DNA of 63,917 nt, the filler included. It is 5 parts of 5 records of this genome, joined end to end, with 100 filler letters (N's around TTAATTAATTAA, not from the genome) between each part and the next. Parts side by side here need not be neighbours in the genome. Positions count along the whole stretch, not along the records: positions 1 to 26,843 come from DRR723986_5221; positions 26,944 to 34,037 come from DRR723986_5229; 3 more parts are not named here. One strand, given 5' to 3'. Shown here piece after piece: positions 19,601 to 29,235 of this stretch; the first letter of the stretch is position 1; every line of letters starts with the position of its first letter. Below the pieces are notes generated by a model. That model saw only the letters and a program-made list of their open reading frames with translations. It did not search any database and was not told the DNA's origin. The position numbers were made by a program, and so were the translations under genes.

Positions 19601-21363
19601 TTACAATGGCAAAAAACGACGACAAGTGGCTTTACTCTTCGGCATTCTTTAACACGGAATTGACTGTTAACAAAATCAATCAGAACAATCTGGTCAAACC
19701 TGCTCCCAACCTTGCAGACGACTCTGGCAATAGCACAACATCACATGAGGATACTTTCTGGCTGAGCACAATTTTTCAGTGGTTGTACCCGGCTGACACT
19801 ACTGCTGCAGGCCAGCCACGGCATGCAGCGCCATTTGGCAATATCCTCCCCAGAATTGTCACCAAAATGCAATTCCAGACGGACGAGAATCATCAAGCGC
19901 CGCGCATGGTAGATACAATGGCCAATGACAGTTCATGGAGAACCGTCTTCAAGTCCAAATCCGAACGACACTTAATCGTGCGCGACAAGAGTGGACGGAA
20001 TGAAATCATATTAAAGTCACACTCGCACAGAATCCTGTTTGACCCCAAGAAATTTCGCTCCGAAGAATATTCGCTATTTGCACTGTTGATTCTCCTGACA
20101 GCATTAGTCGTCGGCGGGTTAATTTGGGCCATAGACAAGTTTGCGCGGCAGGTTTTTCTAATAAACTTTTCCAATCCGCGGCGTGCAAACAGTGTGCTGC
20201 AATTTGACTCTGATGGCCCACCGGTTTACTTGCTGGTGCCACCCCTCGTACCCATCCGCAATCTGTTGGACAAGTCTATCGCAGTAAAAAAACAGGGACT
20301 CAATCTTAGCGAAAGCACACTCCGCCCTATTATCATTGATACGGACGAATTGCTGCAATTGGCTAAACGTGACTTCAGCCTCAGCCACGAACGTGACGTC
20401 TTTATTGTTGACGCCAGGGGGCTGACACCTTATCAGTCCGACGGCAATGTTAAACTCTTGCATGCCGTTAACAAATTGGATCACATCGGCAATCATTCTC
20501 TTATCGTAATCGGCACCGTCGCCCCGGCCAACGCCTTTCTACCCAATGACTTCCTGATCAGTCCTAAAGATATCAGTGAAGGCACACCGCTGGACACGGA
20601 GCAGGACGAAACAATACCGACAAGGGCAGACGACAGTCAGCATCCAATGCAAACAACATTGAATGCCACCGAGTACTCGGCCTGGAAAATCGAATACTAT
20701 GATGACGGCACCAGTACTTCAGAATATCTCGTCTCACTCATGAGCACATGTATACAGCAATACATCAGAAGCAGTAAAACATCCAGCCCACCTGCACTCT
20801 CGTTCTGCGAACACATTTGCCGTGAGTTTTACGCTTTTCCATGGCTGCGCGACCGCGGAATGGAGTTGGCCTTACGCTATGGTGGCTCCTGGAGTGGTCA
20901 TGACAAGGTCGCAGTCTCAAAAATCATGGCTACGGCGGCCGAGCCCTTTTACATCGCTGCCTGGCACTCCTGCTCCAGCGCCGAAAAGATCATCCTTGCT
21001 AACCTGGCACGTGAGGGCGCACTCAACGGCAAAGATCCTCGTGACATTCATCGCCTGCTGGACCGCAACATGATCCAGCTAACGCCCAAACCAAGTGTGA
21101 TCAACCACGGCTTCCGCAACTATTTACATCGTGACGATATCCAGGCTGAAGCCACCAGACTAATCGATGTGACCGCACAGAGTACCTGGGAAAATATGCG
21201 AACACCAGTCATCATCATTGTCGTCCTGATTACCGCATTTTTTATGATAACACAGCATGATGTGCTCGATACTACAACAGCGGTCATCTCCTCAATTGCC
21301 GTGATTCTCCCTGGGGTCCTGCGCGCTTTCGAATCCTTTAAGAGCTCGGCTGCGCAGGAATAA
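16690..21363 (+). CDS. giant polytopic Cache-domain membrane protein, paralog A (1557 aa)
   Basis: dCache-like motifs FDRVILVDSSG, LSDRAYF, LAIVDQEGKVKYH, PIPGTEWSIAVFY; about 14 hydrophobic segments by eye; no HK, MCP or GGDEF motifs. Confidence 0.75.
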   Translation: MPLANKNRRVLRIFSLTILTFAAGCVAFYFIFFTNKRNEVIERNFRRLNAIALQVENRLSTINTIIGNAHKTRAAAKTGTDEIKYWQGIAKGIPHLNQSRERKARPHSVGTGTPDDDSPPSPYPQLLRISISPKAFTWIVPSAAAAESDSCTELNLDWQGALRETIGASNFDNVYLAAADGRVAFQLHRRHGSLRNLGNLQLFDERDKTVGFDSVANYGGLFSAKFHGTNHVLFAQPLLLPAIEDITTKQHWTLIADVKNQKFVNESLRLPTPVILTFIGLGVVLLTIWPLLNILASGRHTRIRRLDIIFMGLSATVGTALAAFFVTDVYFVTDNRRTYDLQLHELANRVDSNFRSEVYSAVQQLNFFKDNRPEMLGANSSGSAPQIEPVSAYYLNRESSSYVKTTHNISSGNDLAYFEYRTEKIADPNGNIEQKTLCEKNHGWYYPFFDRVILVDSSGTIQLKISPGNESIGLPNLSDRAYFKAIKNQIPWRIPRSDSANRNETFEVVISPHISWVSGAHETTIAVPFLPAGSNAPWIAAMDVTTLHSVDDIVLPRGFNLAIVDQEGKVKYHTVSNRRAVENLLTECSGNGRLATAIAGRRADWMTCSYWGANHRFYTKPIPGTEWSIAVFYDEDVWLHSLNSELLMVAGGLYVLNLLILLLAIAIMLSTGGIKLDWLWPSLANHRYYKRLIWQIILFVLFYITVMVNDFNFDHVLISALFLPIFFSLVTYFSLKRQRAFNLTVGFTYLALIGFGPLLACTDFISLGGAAQASTSNIGSAIYALRYFGWFLVIVTVQQVLQRTGLLQRQRNIKSLTDWRVKMLIMGIFLQGIALIVHSHNESIHTLLEVGLHIFISCLTIFALFNFSEKRDYFSNHEYIEHLHSLRLQKAESSVNIKSFRRTYKTFIFCVVTVVGVAPSFAYFFLTQSVLFDINLKDVQKTMADDIQERHATFQKRYAKPGMSQVESQRLTMAKNDDKWLYSSAFFNTELTVNKINQNNLVKPAPNLADDSGNSTTSHEDTFWLSTIFQWLYPADTTAAGQPRHAAPFGNILPRIVTKMQFQTDENHQAPRMVDTMANDSSWRTVFKSKSERHLIVRDKSGRNEIILKSHSHRILFDPKKFRSEEYSLFALLILLTALVVGGLIWAIDKFARQVFLINFSNPRRANSVLQFDSDGPPVYLLVPPLVPIRNLLDKSIAVKKQGLNLSESTLRPIIIDTDELLQLAKRDFSLSHERDVFIVDARGLTPYQSDGNVKLLHAVNKLDHIGNHSLIVIGTVAPANAFLPNDFLISPKDISEGTPLDTEQDETIPTRADDSQHPMQTTLNATEYSAWKIEYYDDGTSTSEYLVSLMSTCIQQYIRSSKTSSPPALSFCEHICREFYAFPWLRDRGMELALRYGGSWSGHDKVAVSKIMATAAEPFYIAAWHSCSSAEKIILANLAREGALNGKDPRDIHRLLDRNMIQLTPKPSVINHGFRNYLHRDDIQAEATRLIDVTAQSTWENMRTPVIIIVVLITAFFMITQHDVLDTTTAVISSIAVILPGVLRAFESFKSSAAQE

Positions 21364-21656
21364 GATGTTTTGGAATTCAAACCCAATGACAAACAAAATA
21401 TCAAGAAAAATGGCAGGAGATACAGGCCATTCCTGCCCAATTATACTGAATTCACGACGGCCCCAAAGTTCCGCCCACGTAATCCGCGTACCTGGCCCGG
21501 CGGTTCAAAAGCGCCCAATAATTGAATTGGCAACACAAATTTTGTAATATTCAGATCAAGTCAATACCAAGGATCATACTTCGCTGCATTCATTTCCTTC
21601 AATGTCTGTGACGTGTACTCAAACAATTCACTCCACTATAACAGGTTCTGCGCCCC

Positions 21657-24600
21657 ATGCCCGCACCAGCAAACCCGCGCCGCAAACTCCGCTTCCTCTC
21701 TTTCCTGACCATTGCCGTCATTGCTCTCGGAGCAGCGTACTACTTCTCATTTTATACGCAAAAACGCGAATATGTGATTGACCGCAACTTCCGTCGCCTG
21801 AGCGTCATCTCTGAACAAATCGAATCGCGGATGGATGGCCTCTATCGTATCCTGATCAACACAGCCGAAAACACAGAGTACGACCCGCAACGCAACGACA
21901 GCCTTGACAAATTGGTTGATACAGCACTCGACAAAGTAGAAGACTTCCGCTCGGAACGCAATCCGAGACAGCAATTGCCGCTCCCGGTCGAAAAATACAT
22001 TGTTGATAGCGTTCTCGTCGAATCCGTTAAATCTATCGAAGCCGGACGCAGCAATAAGAAACGAGCCAGGATTGACGCCCAGCAGCGCAAGACGACCGAA
22101 GAGTTAAGTAAACAAGTCCTGGAACTGGAACAGACGACCATCGACAATCCAGACGTTCCCGTACAGGAACGCACAAACAATGAGCTGGACGAAGTCCAGG
22201 GTGCCCTCAGTAAAGCCGTCGCTGCCATCGACTATTTAAACTTTAAGGAACGTATCGCCGGTGCAATTGGCATAGTTCCCTTTGCAACGCTAGAATATGC
22301 AGATACCGTTGCTTCAACTCGGCAGACTGATACAACACAACACAACATTGGGGCCACACAGTCGACCAGTCGCATAGAAAAAGTTGAGCTAGAGCGCAAC
22401 ATCCTCTACTTAACATGCCGCAATGTGCCCGCCCTTGGCCCCGACCTCATCATTCGCGTCAGCGTAGATATTAATGAAATGATCAGCCAGCAGATAAAAG
22501 ATATTGTGTTTGACAATGTCTACCTGGCCGAAGCCGGTGGTGCCGTCATCTACCAGTTCGCAAAACAACGCGGCAATGTTCGCGCGTTTAACAAAGTCCG
22601 CTCACTGGCAGATACAGAGACAGAGCTGGAATTTAACACACTCGGGCAGTCCGGCGGCCTGTTTACTGCCGACCTTGCCGGCGAAACCCAAATTCTGTTC
22701 GCACGCCCACTTGCATTACAACTAAACATTCGCGACTCACTCGGTTTCAGCTGGGTTCTTGTTGCTACTGTACCCTCAACCAAACTACTCAGTGAAAGCC
22801 TGGCCCTTCCAACAAACTCAATCTTGATATTCAGTTTGCTTGGAGCCTTATTCGTGTTGGCATGGCCACTGTTAAACATCGTCTTTGCCGGTACATTTTC
22901 GCGCCTGCGTAAAATCGATATAGCCTTCCTGGGGCTCTCGGCATTTGTTGCGTCCGCATTGATTGCCTTGGGTCTGGTAGATTTGTACCAAATGACAAAT
23001 ATGCGCCGCGTTTATGACGAGCAGTTGGAGCATACCGCCAGAATCGCTCACAAAAATGTTCGGCAGGAGCTACGCCAGGCGCACAACCAGCTGCGTTTCC
23101 TGGCTGACTCACTTAAACCACGCCTGAAAGACCTGAGTGGCGCCTGGACCTACACACCACTGATTATTGAAACGCAACGCCCTCTCGACTCCGTTCGATC
23201 CGAAAAACTCTTCCTTGAACGGCTATTGCCACGCGCCTCAAACCTTCTTAATTTCCGGCGCGGAGACACAGTCCCATCAGGCAAAAACATCGGATGGCAC
23301 TACCTAAACTTTGACCGCGTGTTTTTCGCCGACGAAAGTGGAGACATCCGCGCCAAACTGGCTGTCGGCTCCGCCGCTACACCTTTCCTTAACATTGGCC
23401 GGCGCGACTACTACAGGCAGGTTGAACGCCGTGACCTCCTCACGCTGCATTATCCGTCTGAGGCCAACCCCGCTAAAGATTCCGGTCGTTCAGCGGACGA
23501 CGGCGACGTAATCGCAATGGCACTTAGCCAGCATCATTCATGGGCCAGTGGCGCCTATGAAACAACCATGGCGATTCCAATTGATTCCGACCCGGCATCC
23601 ACCGGCGGCTGGATGGCGGGCATGGATATTTCTACATTCGCAAGTTTTAGGGATCCCCTCCTTCCCCCCACGTTTAACCTGGTGCTTGTTGATGAGGATG
23701 GTAACGTTCTATATCACACCCGCCCCGAACGCAGTGGTTTTGAAAACTTTCTGGTAGAATGTGACAACAATCCGCGCCTGGCTTCAACACTTGCGGGGCG
23801 CCGCAGCGACTGGATGAGCAGTACGTATTGGGGTGAGGACCGCCGCATCTACACACTTCCCCTGCACGAAACGCCCTGGACGATCATTTGTTATTACAAT
23901 GAAGAAGCATTAGTCGACGGCAGTAATGTTGGTTTGTTAATAAGCACTATCAGCTTTTACGGTGTTAACCTCCTGCTGCTGATGGCTCTGATTCTGATGG
24001 GACTATCCAGCAGTAAAGTTCAATTGGACTGGCTCTGGCCCAGTTTTATTGACTATCAAACATATCGGAAGTTAAGCTACATTTACCTCGGCTTCCTGGT
24101 GTTTTATATTGTCGCTTTATCTCAGGAACTGCGATTTGATCATGTCTTGATTGCGGCTTTGTTACTGCCCGTCTTCTTTGTATTTGTGACCTATTTTTCG
24201 CTGAAGCGGCAGCAAGAACTCAATATCAGAATCATTCTGATTTTGATTCCCTTTGTTGGTTTCTATCCTGTGTTTGCGGCACTTCAGCTGTTTGGGCACA
24301 TGCATGAATTTGCGATTGGCCTGCGCTTTGCAGCAAGCTTTTTCCTCTTGTTTGGTTTGCCGGCAAGTATTGTAGGCATCCGCCACTGGTATAAACGTAA
24401 ACGTGCTCCGCGCCGCGATTGGCGCTACGAATTATTTGTCTCGGCCACCATCTATCACCTACTTGTATTTAGCATTCAGACGGCCAGTTTTGCCTGGGGC
24501 GGCCGTGTTACCGAAGCCCTCTATCACCTGGTGTTAATTGCGCTGACGGCTTTTGCTCTGCATCAGTTTCAGTCCAAGCGCAATTACATGACGCGCGATC

Positions 24601-26564
24601 AATATCTGAATGAGCTTTACAGGCACCGTTCAGGGCGTGTTGCGGGCGCACCAAGTGCCCGTGTTTTCCGCCGAACTTATCGCGTCTTTCTGATCATTCT
24701 GATGCTCTTAACCGGCATACTTCCAATGATTGCCTACTTTACTTTGGCAAATCAGGCCGTGTTTAACTTGCTTCTAAAACATTCACAGAAGGAGATGGCC
24801 GAGCACATCATTCAACGTGAAAGTGAAATAGGTGAGTCGATTGCCGGCCTCACAACAACAGAATCTGAGTTTCTGCGCAAGCGGCTACAGCACGACCCGC
24901 GCGGCATGTACCATTCTTCGTTCTTTAACACAGAGATTTCACACTTCGTTGAACACGAATCTCTCGACAGTTCAGTCCAGCTTCACGAGCACGGTGTCAA
25001 CCCGTTTGGTGTGATCCTGCCACGGCTCTTAAACAAACTGCAGTTTGCCCCCGAGCGCGGTTTGCCTACCAGGCAAGTAATTGGCACACAAGCGCAGGAC
25101 AGCGTCTGGCACACTGGTGAGATTGATTCCAGCGACCGGGCCGTTCTGTTGCATCGCCGATTAAACGGTGGCCCCAGCATTATGGTTGCCAGCGATGCTT
25201 CTACGCCGGGCATGGCCGTAGCTGCCACGCGCCCCAAGCAGCTCGCAATTTTCCTGACCCTGCTGATGGCTTCTCTCGTTTGCACTGCCATTCTTTACTG
25301 GGCTACATACAAGTTTGGCGAGCAGGTTCTGTTAACACGTTTTGCGAACCCGCGCAGCAATATGGACGAGGATATTACAATTCCCTTAAACGCGCCCCTG
25401 TTTGTGGTTTGCCGTCCGCTGACAACTCCGGATGCCATCCTGCGACGTCTACAATTACCTGCGGCTCAGCAGTGTGATGATATCGAATTTGACCACGAAC
25501 AGAATGATTTCCCCGAAAGCGACTTCAATGATGATTGGCGCCAGGACGCAATTCACATTTGTGTTAACAGCACTGACGACCTGAATGACGTCCCCGCAGC
25601 CTCGACCGGCAAAACGCCTGTCTTTTTAATAGAAGCGTTTAATCTCGACCCCGAGTATTCGGCTGCAAACATTAAATTCCTGATCCAGGTTAACAAACTA
25701 CGCGCTTCCAGTAATGGCATTGTAGTTGTCATGGGCAGCATCGACCCCGCCGTTGCTTTCACGGACCACTCCTTTTCCAGCTTGGCCGACGGTGCGCAAG
25801 CAGCTCCAATACAGGAGGGAGAAGGAGTCAGGCGTAATTCTGCTGAGGCCGCAACAATCGACAACATCGTTGCCGCACGTGCATTCGCCAACTGGGAAAC
25901 CGTGTTTTATACGGAGATGCACGACTCTCAACTCTTCCGTGCCGAACTTGAAGTTATGGCCGACGAAGCCGGTGTTTCAGGTCCCGAAGTTCAGGCATGT
26001 ATTAACATACTGGCATACGAGTGTTACATGACGGATTGGCTGCGACATAAAGGCAAACGCATCTTCGAACAATTCTGCCGCGAGCACGAGGGTTTTGACG
26101 AGGCGGCTTTGCGCAGACAGATTTTGTTAAGTGCCGAACCGCTATATCAAGCCATATGGCACACCTGCTCGCGTGGTGAGAAGGTCCTGCTGGCCAACCT
26201 TTCACGCGAAGGAATCCTGAACGGCAAAAACACCCTCGGCGTCCGCAGTCTGCTTAACAAACAGCTGATGATGCTCGTCCCCGATCCACGCGTTATTAAC
26301 GATAGCTTCCGCGAATACATTCGGCGCGACGACATTCAGGCGGAGGCCAATGCTCTGGCTGAAGGTACAGCACGCAGCGCCTGGGAAAACCTGCGTTTAC
26401 CGTTAATTGTTCTACTGGTGGCCGGCGGTGCCTTCCTGATGGTCACACAGCATGAGATTGTTGACATGACAACAGCAATTATTTCGGCCGTTACGGTTCT
26501 TTTGCCTGGAATTCTGAAGGCTTTGGACTTCTTCCGGCAGGGGCGTTCGGCGGCGGGCGGTTAA
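21657..26564 (+). CDS. giant polytopic Cache-domain membrane protein, paralog B (1635 aa)
   Basis: Collinear with paralog A: RNFRRL, FDNVYLA, WPLLNI, FDRVFFADESG, LVLVDEDGNVLYH, LDWLWPS, VTYFSLKRQ, FFNTE, LANLSREGILNGK, WENLRLP. Confidence 0.75.
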   Translation: MPAPANPRRKLRFLSFLTIAVIALGAAYYFSFYTQKREYVIDRNFRRLSVISEQIESRMDGLYRILINTAENTEYDPQRNDSLDKLVDTALDKVEDFRSERNPRQQLPLPVEKYIVDSVLVESVKSIEAGRSNKKRARIDAQQRKTTEELSKQVLELEQTTIDNPDVPVQERTNNELDEVQGALSKAVAAIDYLNFKERIAGAIGIVPFATLEYADTVASTRQTDTTQHNIGATQSTSRIEKVELERNILYLTCRNVPALGPDLIIRVSVDINEMISQQIKDIVFDNVYLAEAGGAVIYQFAKQRGNVRAFNKVRSLADTETELEFNTLGQSGGLFTADLAGETQILFARPLALQLNIRDSLGFSWVLVATVPSTKLLSESLALPTNSILIFSLLGALFVLAWPLLNIVFAGTFSRLRKIDIAFLGLSAFVASALIALGLVDLYQMTNMRRVYDEQLEHTARIAHKNVRQELRQAHNQLRFLADSLKPRLKDLSGAWTYTPLIIETQRPLDSVRSEKLFLERLLPRASNLLNFRRGDTVPSGKNIGWHYLNFDRVFFADESGDIRAKLAVGSAATPFLNIGRRDYYRQVERRDLLTLHYPSEANPAKDSGRSADDGDVIAMALSQHHSWASGAYETTMAIPIDSDPASTGGWMAGMDISTFASFRDPLLPPTFNLVLVDEDGNVLYHTRPERSGFENFLVECDNNPRLASTLAGRRSDWMSSTYWGEDRRIYTLPLHETPWTIICYYNEEALVDGSNVGLLISTISFYGVNLLLLMALILMGLSSSKVQLDWLWPSFIDYQTYRKLSYIYLGFLVFYIVALSQELRFDHVLIAALLLPVFFVFVTYFSLKRQQELNIRIILILIPFVGFYPVFAALQLFGHMHEFAIGLRFAASFFLLFGLPASIVGIRHWYKRKRAPRRDWRYELFVSATIYHLLVFSIQTASFAWGGRVTEALYHLVLIALTAFALHQFQSKRNYMTRDQYLNELYRHRSGRVAGAPSARVFRRTYRVFLIILMLLTGILPMIAYFTLANQAVFNLLLKHSQKEMAEHIIQRESEIGESIAGLTTTESEFLRKRLQHDPRGMYHSSFFNTEISHFVEHESLDSSVQLHEHGVNPFGVILPRLLNKLQFAPERGLPTRQVIGTQAQDSVWHTGEIDSSDRAVLLHRRLNGGPSIMVASDASTPGMAVAATRPKQLAIFLTLLMASLVCTAILYWATYKFGEQVLLTRFANPRSNMDEDITIPLNAPLFVVCRPLTTPDAILRRLQLPAAQQCDDIEFDHEQNDFPESDFNDDWRQDAIHICVNSTDDLNDVPAASTGKTPVFLIEAFNLDPEYSAANIKFLIQVNKLRASSNGIVVVMGSIDPAVAFTDHSFSSLADGAQAAPIQEGEGVRRNSAEAATIDNIVAARAFANWETVFYTEMHDSQLFRAELEVMADEAGVSGPEVQACINILAYECYMTDWLRHKGKRIFEQFCREHEGFDEAALRRQILLSAEPLYQAIWHTCSRGEKVLLANLSREGILNGKNTLGVRSLLNKQLMMLVPDPRVINDSFREYIRRDDIQAEANALAEGTARSAWENLRLPLIVLLVAGGAFLMVTQHEIVDMTTAIISAVTVLLPGILKALDFFRQGRSAAGG

Positions 26565-26843
26565 ACAGATTTTGTTTAACAATTGATTTTCGGCTGCGAG
26601 TTCAGCCTTTGATTGGATGTGCTTAGAGCTTTTGGGCTTCTGAGCGCTTTGAGCCCTGCTCGTCGCTTCAAGCTACGCTTTTTGCTCTGTTTGGTCTCAG
26701 GCTTTACTGATTTTCTTGTTAGTTGATTAGTTAGAATCGAGGATCATTTGAATCTGCCTGAAATTCCTTGAATTTGGACCAAAGTTCTTGAATCTCAGTG
26801 ATTGCAGCACGCCAAAAACCACCGGGTCGAGCCCTAAGGGCTC

Positions 26844-26943
26844 NNNNNNNNNNNNNNNNNNNNNNNNNNNNNNNNNNNNNNNNNNNNTTAATTAATTAAN
26901 NNNNNNNNNNNNNNNNNNNNNNNNNNNNNNNNNNNNNNNNNNN
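26844..26943. other. artificial contig spacer
   Basis: N44-TTAATTAATTAA-N44, stop codons in all six frames. Confidence 0.98.
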
Positions 26944-27621
26944 GATGATGCTGTCGACCCCCATCTCTTCCAGAAGCAACATGTCGTGGATACGGTTAAC
27001 CGTCCAGGTAGAGACATGCATGTTCCGCCGGTGTGCCGTCTCGACCATACCTTTGGTCAGAATTTTCCAGTTCACACAGAAATATTCACAGCCCAGCCTG
27101 GTGGCCAGGTTCAGCGGCTTGGGAAACTTGCGCTCGGCCACCAGACCGATGCGTATGTTTTTGTCGCGACGGCGGATTTCACGCAGAAACCAGGGGTCGG
27201 ACGAGGTGATAGCCGCCGTCTGGTACAAATCCCGGCGCTGGATGATCTCTGTCAGGCGATTGCACAGGATGTTCAGCCTGTGCCGTGCATCCTTTTTCAC
27301 TTCCAGTTGAAGGTGCTCAATGTCATCAAACTGATCGAGCAGATTCTCCAGCGAGGGAATACCGGTTTTCCGGCACCATGAGCTGGTATTGCGGCGCGCA
27401 TCCATCTCGGCCAGTTCGGCGGCGGTATACTTGCCGACACTGCCTTTCTGGCCGGTGGTGCGGTCCACGGTCAGATCGTGCACCAGTACAGGGATGCCGT
27501 CTTTAGACAGCACCAGATCCAGCTCAAAATGCCGGATACCATGCCGGTGGGCATGGATGAAGCCAGGCATGGTGTTTTCCGGAGCCTCTCCTTTGGCTCC
27601 ACGGTGACCATAAACGATCAT
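26944..27621 (-). CDS. glycerophosphodiester phosphodiesterase, 3' end truncated by contig edge
   Basis: MIVYGHRGA, PENT, ELD, HD, EVK, WTVN, GVDSII; ATG overlaps the upstream stop (ATGA). Confidence 0.9.
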
Positions 27622-28745
27622 TCTGCTGTAGTTTCCCTGAGGCGTTGGTAGATGGCCTGGCGTTTCTTCCAGGTCTCGTGGCACAGGCGAATATCTTCCA
27701 GGTAGGCCGGTAATTCGCTCATCAAAAGCGCCTGCGGGCCGTCTACCAGAGCTTTCTCCGGTTTCGGGTGGAAGTCCACCAATACCATGTTTGCACCGGC
27801 AATGACGCCCTGTGCAGTTGCGTGCATTACATCCAGAATACCGTCCGGTGACTGGTCCCGGCTGCCCACGGAGTGTGATGGGTCCACACACACCGGCATG
27901 CGGGTCAGGCGTTTTACCGCAGGCACATGGGCAAAATCCACCATATTGCGGTGGGGCAGGCCGGCTTCGGTTTTCATACCGCGTAAACAGAAGATGACGT
28001 TGGCGTTGCCCTCGCTGGCCAGATACTCGGCTGCGTTCAGGGATTCATTCAGGGTGATACCGAAACCACGCTTGAGGAGCACCGGGTAGGTGCTCTGCCG
28101 GCCAATGGCCTTGAGCAGTTCGAAGTTCTGGGTGTTGCGGGTGCCTACCTGCAGCATCACGCCGGTTGGCCGCCCGAGTTTTTCCAGGCAGGTGTCGATT
28201 TCCTCGATATGGCTTTCATGGGTGATTTCCATGGCAATCACCTTGATGCCATGCTTGCCTGCTTTCTCGAACACCCAGGGCAGGCAGCCCTTGCCGTGGC
28301 CCTGGAAGGAGTAGGGGTTGGTGCGCGGCTTGTAGGCACCCATTCGGGTACATACCTCACCGTTGTCTTCCAGCGCCTGCAGCATCATTTCCACATGCTC
28401 GGGTACGTCCACCGCGCAAAGGCCGGCGAAAATGTTCAGGTTGTTCTGGCTGAACTCCACGCCGTTATAAGTAAACCCACTCTGGCGTTGGTCATCCTTG
28501 TGGCGCCCAAGAATCCGGTAATCCTCGGAAATCCGGATGGCGCGCTCCACCGCCGGCAGGGCTTCAATTTCTGCTTTTTCCAGGGATTTGGTGTCGCCCA
28601 GCAGGTAGATTTCGGTCAGTCGCTGGCTGGCACCCTGAATTTCGTGTACCCGGATGCTGACGCCCGGAAGGTTTTCCAGGTATTCCATGGTCTGGCGATA
28701 GGCTTCACTATCGAGCGCGGTGTTGGGGTGAAGAATGGCTAACAT
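27618..28745 (-). CDS. DAHP synthase, type I-beta, with N-terminal regulatory extension
   Basis: AGLCAV, GAYKPRTNPYSFQG, QVGTRNTQNFELL, LLKRG, VDPSH. Confidence 0.88.
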   Translation of the reverse strand: MLAILHPNTALDSEAYRQTMEYLENLPGVSIRVHEIQGASQRLTEIYLLGDTKSLEKAEIEALPAVERAIRISEDYRILGRHKDDQRQSGFTYNGVEFSQNNLNIFAGLCAVDVPEHVEMMLQALEDNGEVCTRMGAYKPRTNPYSFQGHGKGCLPWVFEKAGKHGIKVIAMEITHESHIEEIDTCLEKLGRPTGVMLQVGTRNTQNFELLKAIGRQSTYPVLLKRGFGITLNESLNAAEYLASEGNANVIFCLRGMKTEAGLPHRNMVDFAHVPAVKRLTRMPVCVDPSHSVGSRDQSPDGILDVMHATAQGVIAGANMVLVDFHPKPEKALVDGPQALLMSELPAYLEDIRLCHETWKKRQAIYQRLRETTAE

Positions 28746-28759
28746 GGAATCTCCTTGAA

Positions 28760-29209
28760 TCAGGATGCGGATTCTTCCGCCCGGTGCCGGGCCTGCATGA
28801 ACTCGCGATGATTAAGATGCAGCAGGTCTGCCATGCGGCGAATAAGGTGTTCCTCGTATTTGTCGATACGGCCGTCGGCAAAGGCAACCCGCCAGATACT
28901 CTCCAACAGGGACTGCTTCTGTTGCTGATCCAGATGATCGTTAATCTGCCCGGTAAACTGATACAACGATGTGGCGTCCTCGGCGTGGGCGAGGGCATCG
29001 TGCAGGATTTCCTCAGCCTCTTCCCGGGTAATCTGGTGAGCCTTCACCGCACAGTCGACAATGGTCTTCAGTTCCCGCTCATCTTCCTGGTTGTCTACCC
29101 GCGAAAGTTGCACCATCAGGGCGGTGGCTGCCACGGCCAGTTGGTGTGTATCCGGCTCGACCGGTTCTGACTCGGCAACGGAAAACAGTTTCTTCAGGCG
29201 TTCGATCAT
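28760..29209 (-). CDS. TerB-family protein
   Basis: LAVAATALMV, SLYQFT, WRVAFADGRIDKYEEHLIRRMADLL. Confidence 0.85.
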   Translation of the reverse strand: MIERLKKLFSVAESEPVEPDTHQLAVAATALMVQLSRVDNQEDERELKTIVDCAVKAHQITREEAEEILHDALAHAEDATSLYQFTGQINDHLDQQQKQSLLESIWRVAFADGRIDKYEEHLIRRMADLLHLNHREFMQARHRAEESAS

Positions 29210-29235
29210 GGTCAGTTACTTCGTTTCAACAAATG

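Noticed and set aside
26888-26899. TTAATTAATTAA repeated four times in the window
   Set aside because: Always centred in N44 runs; a synthetic six-frame stop linker, not a biological repeat
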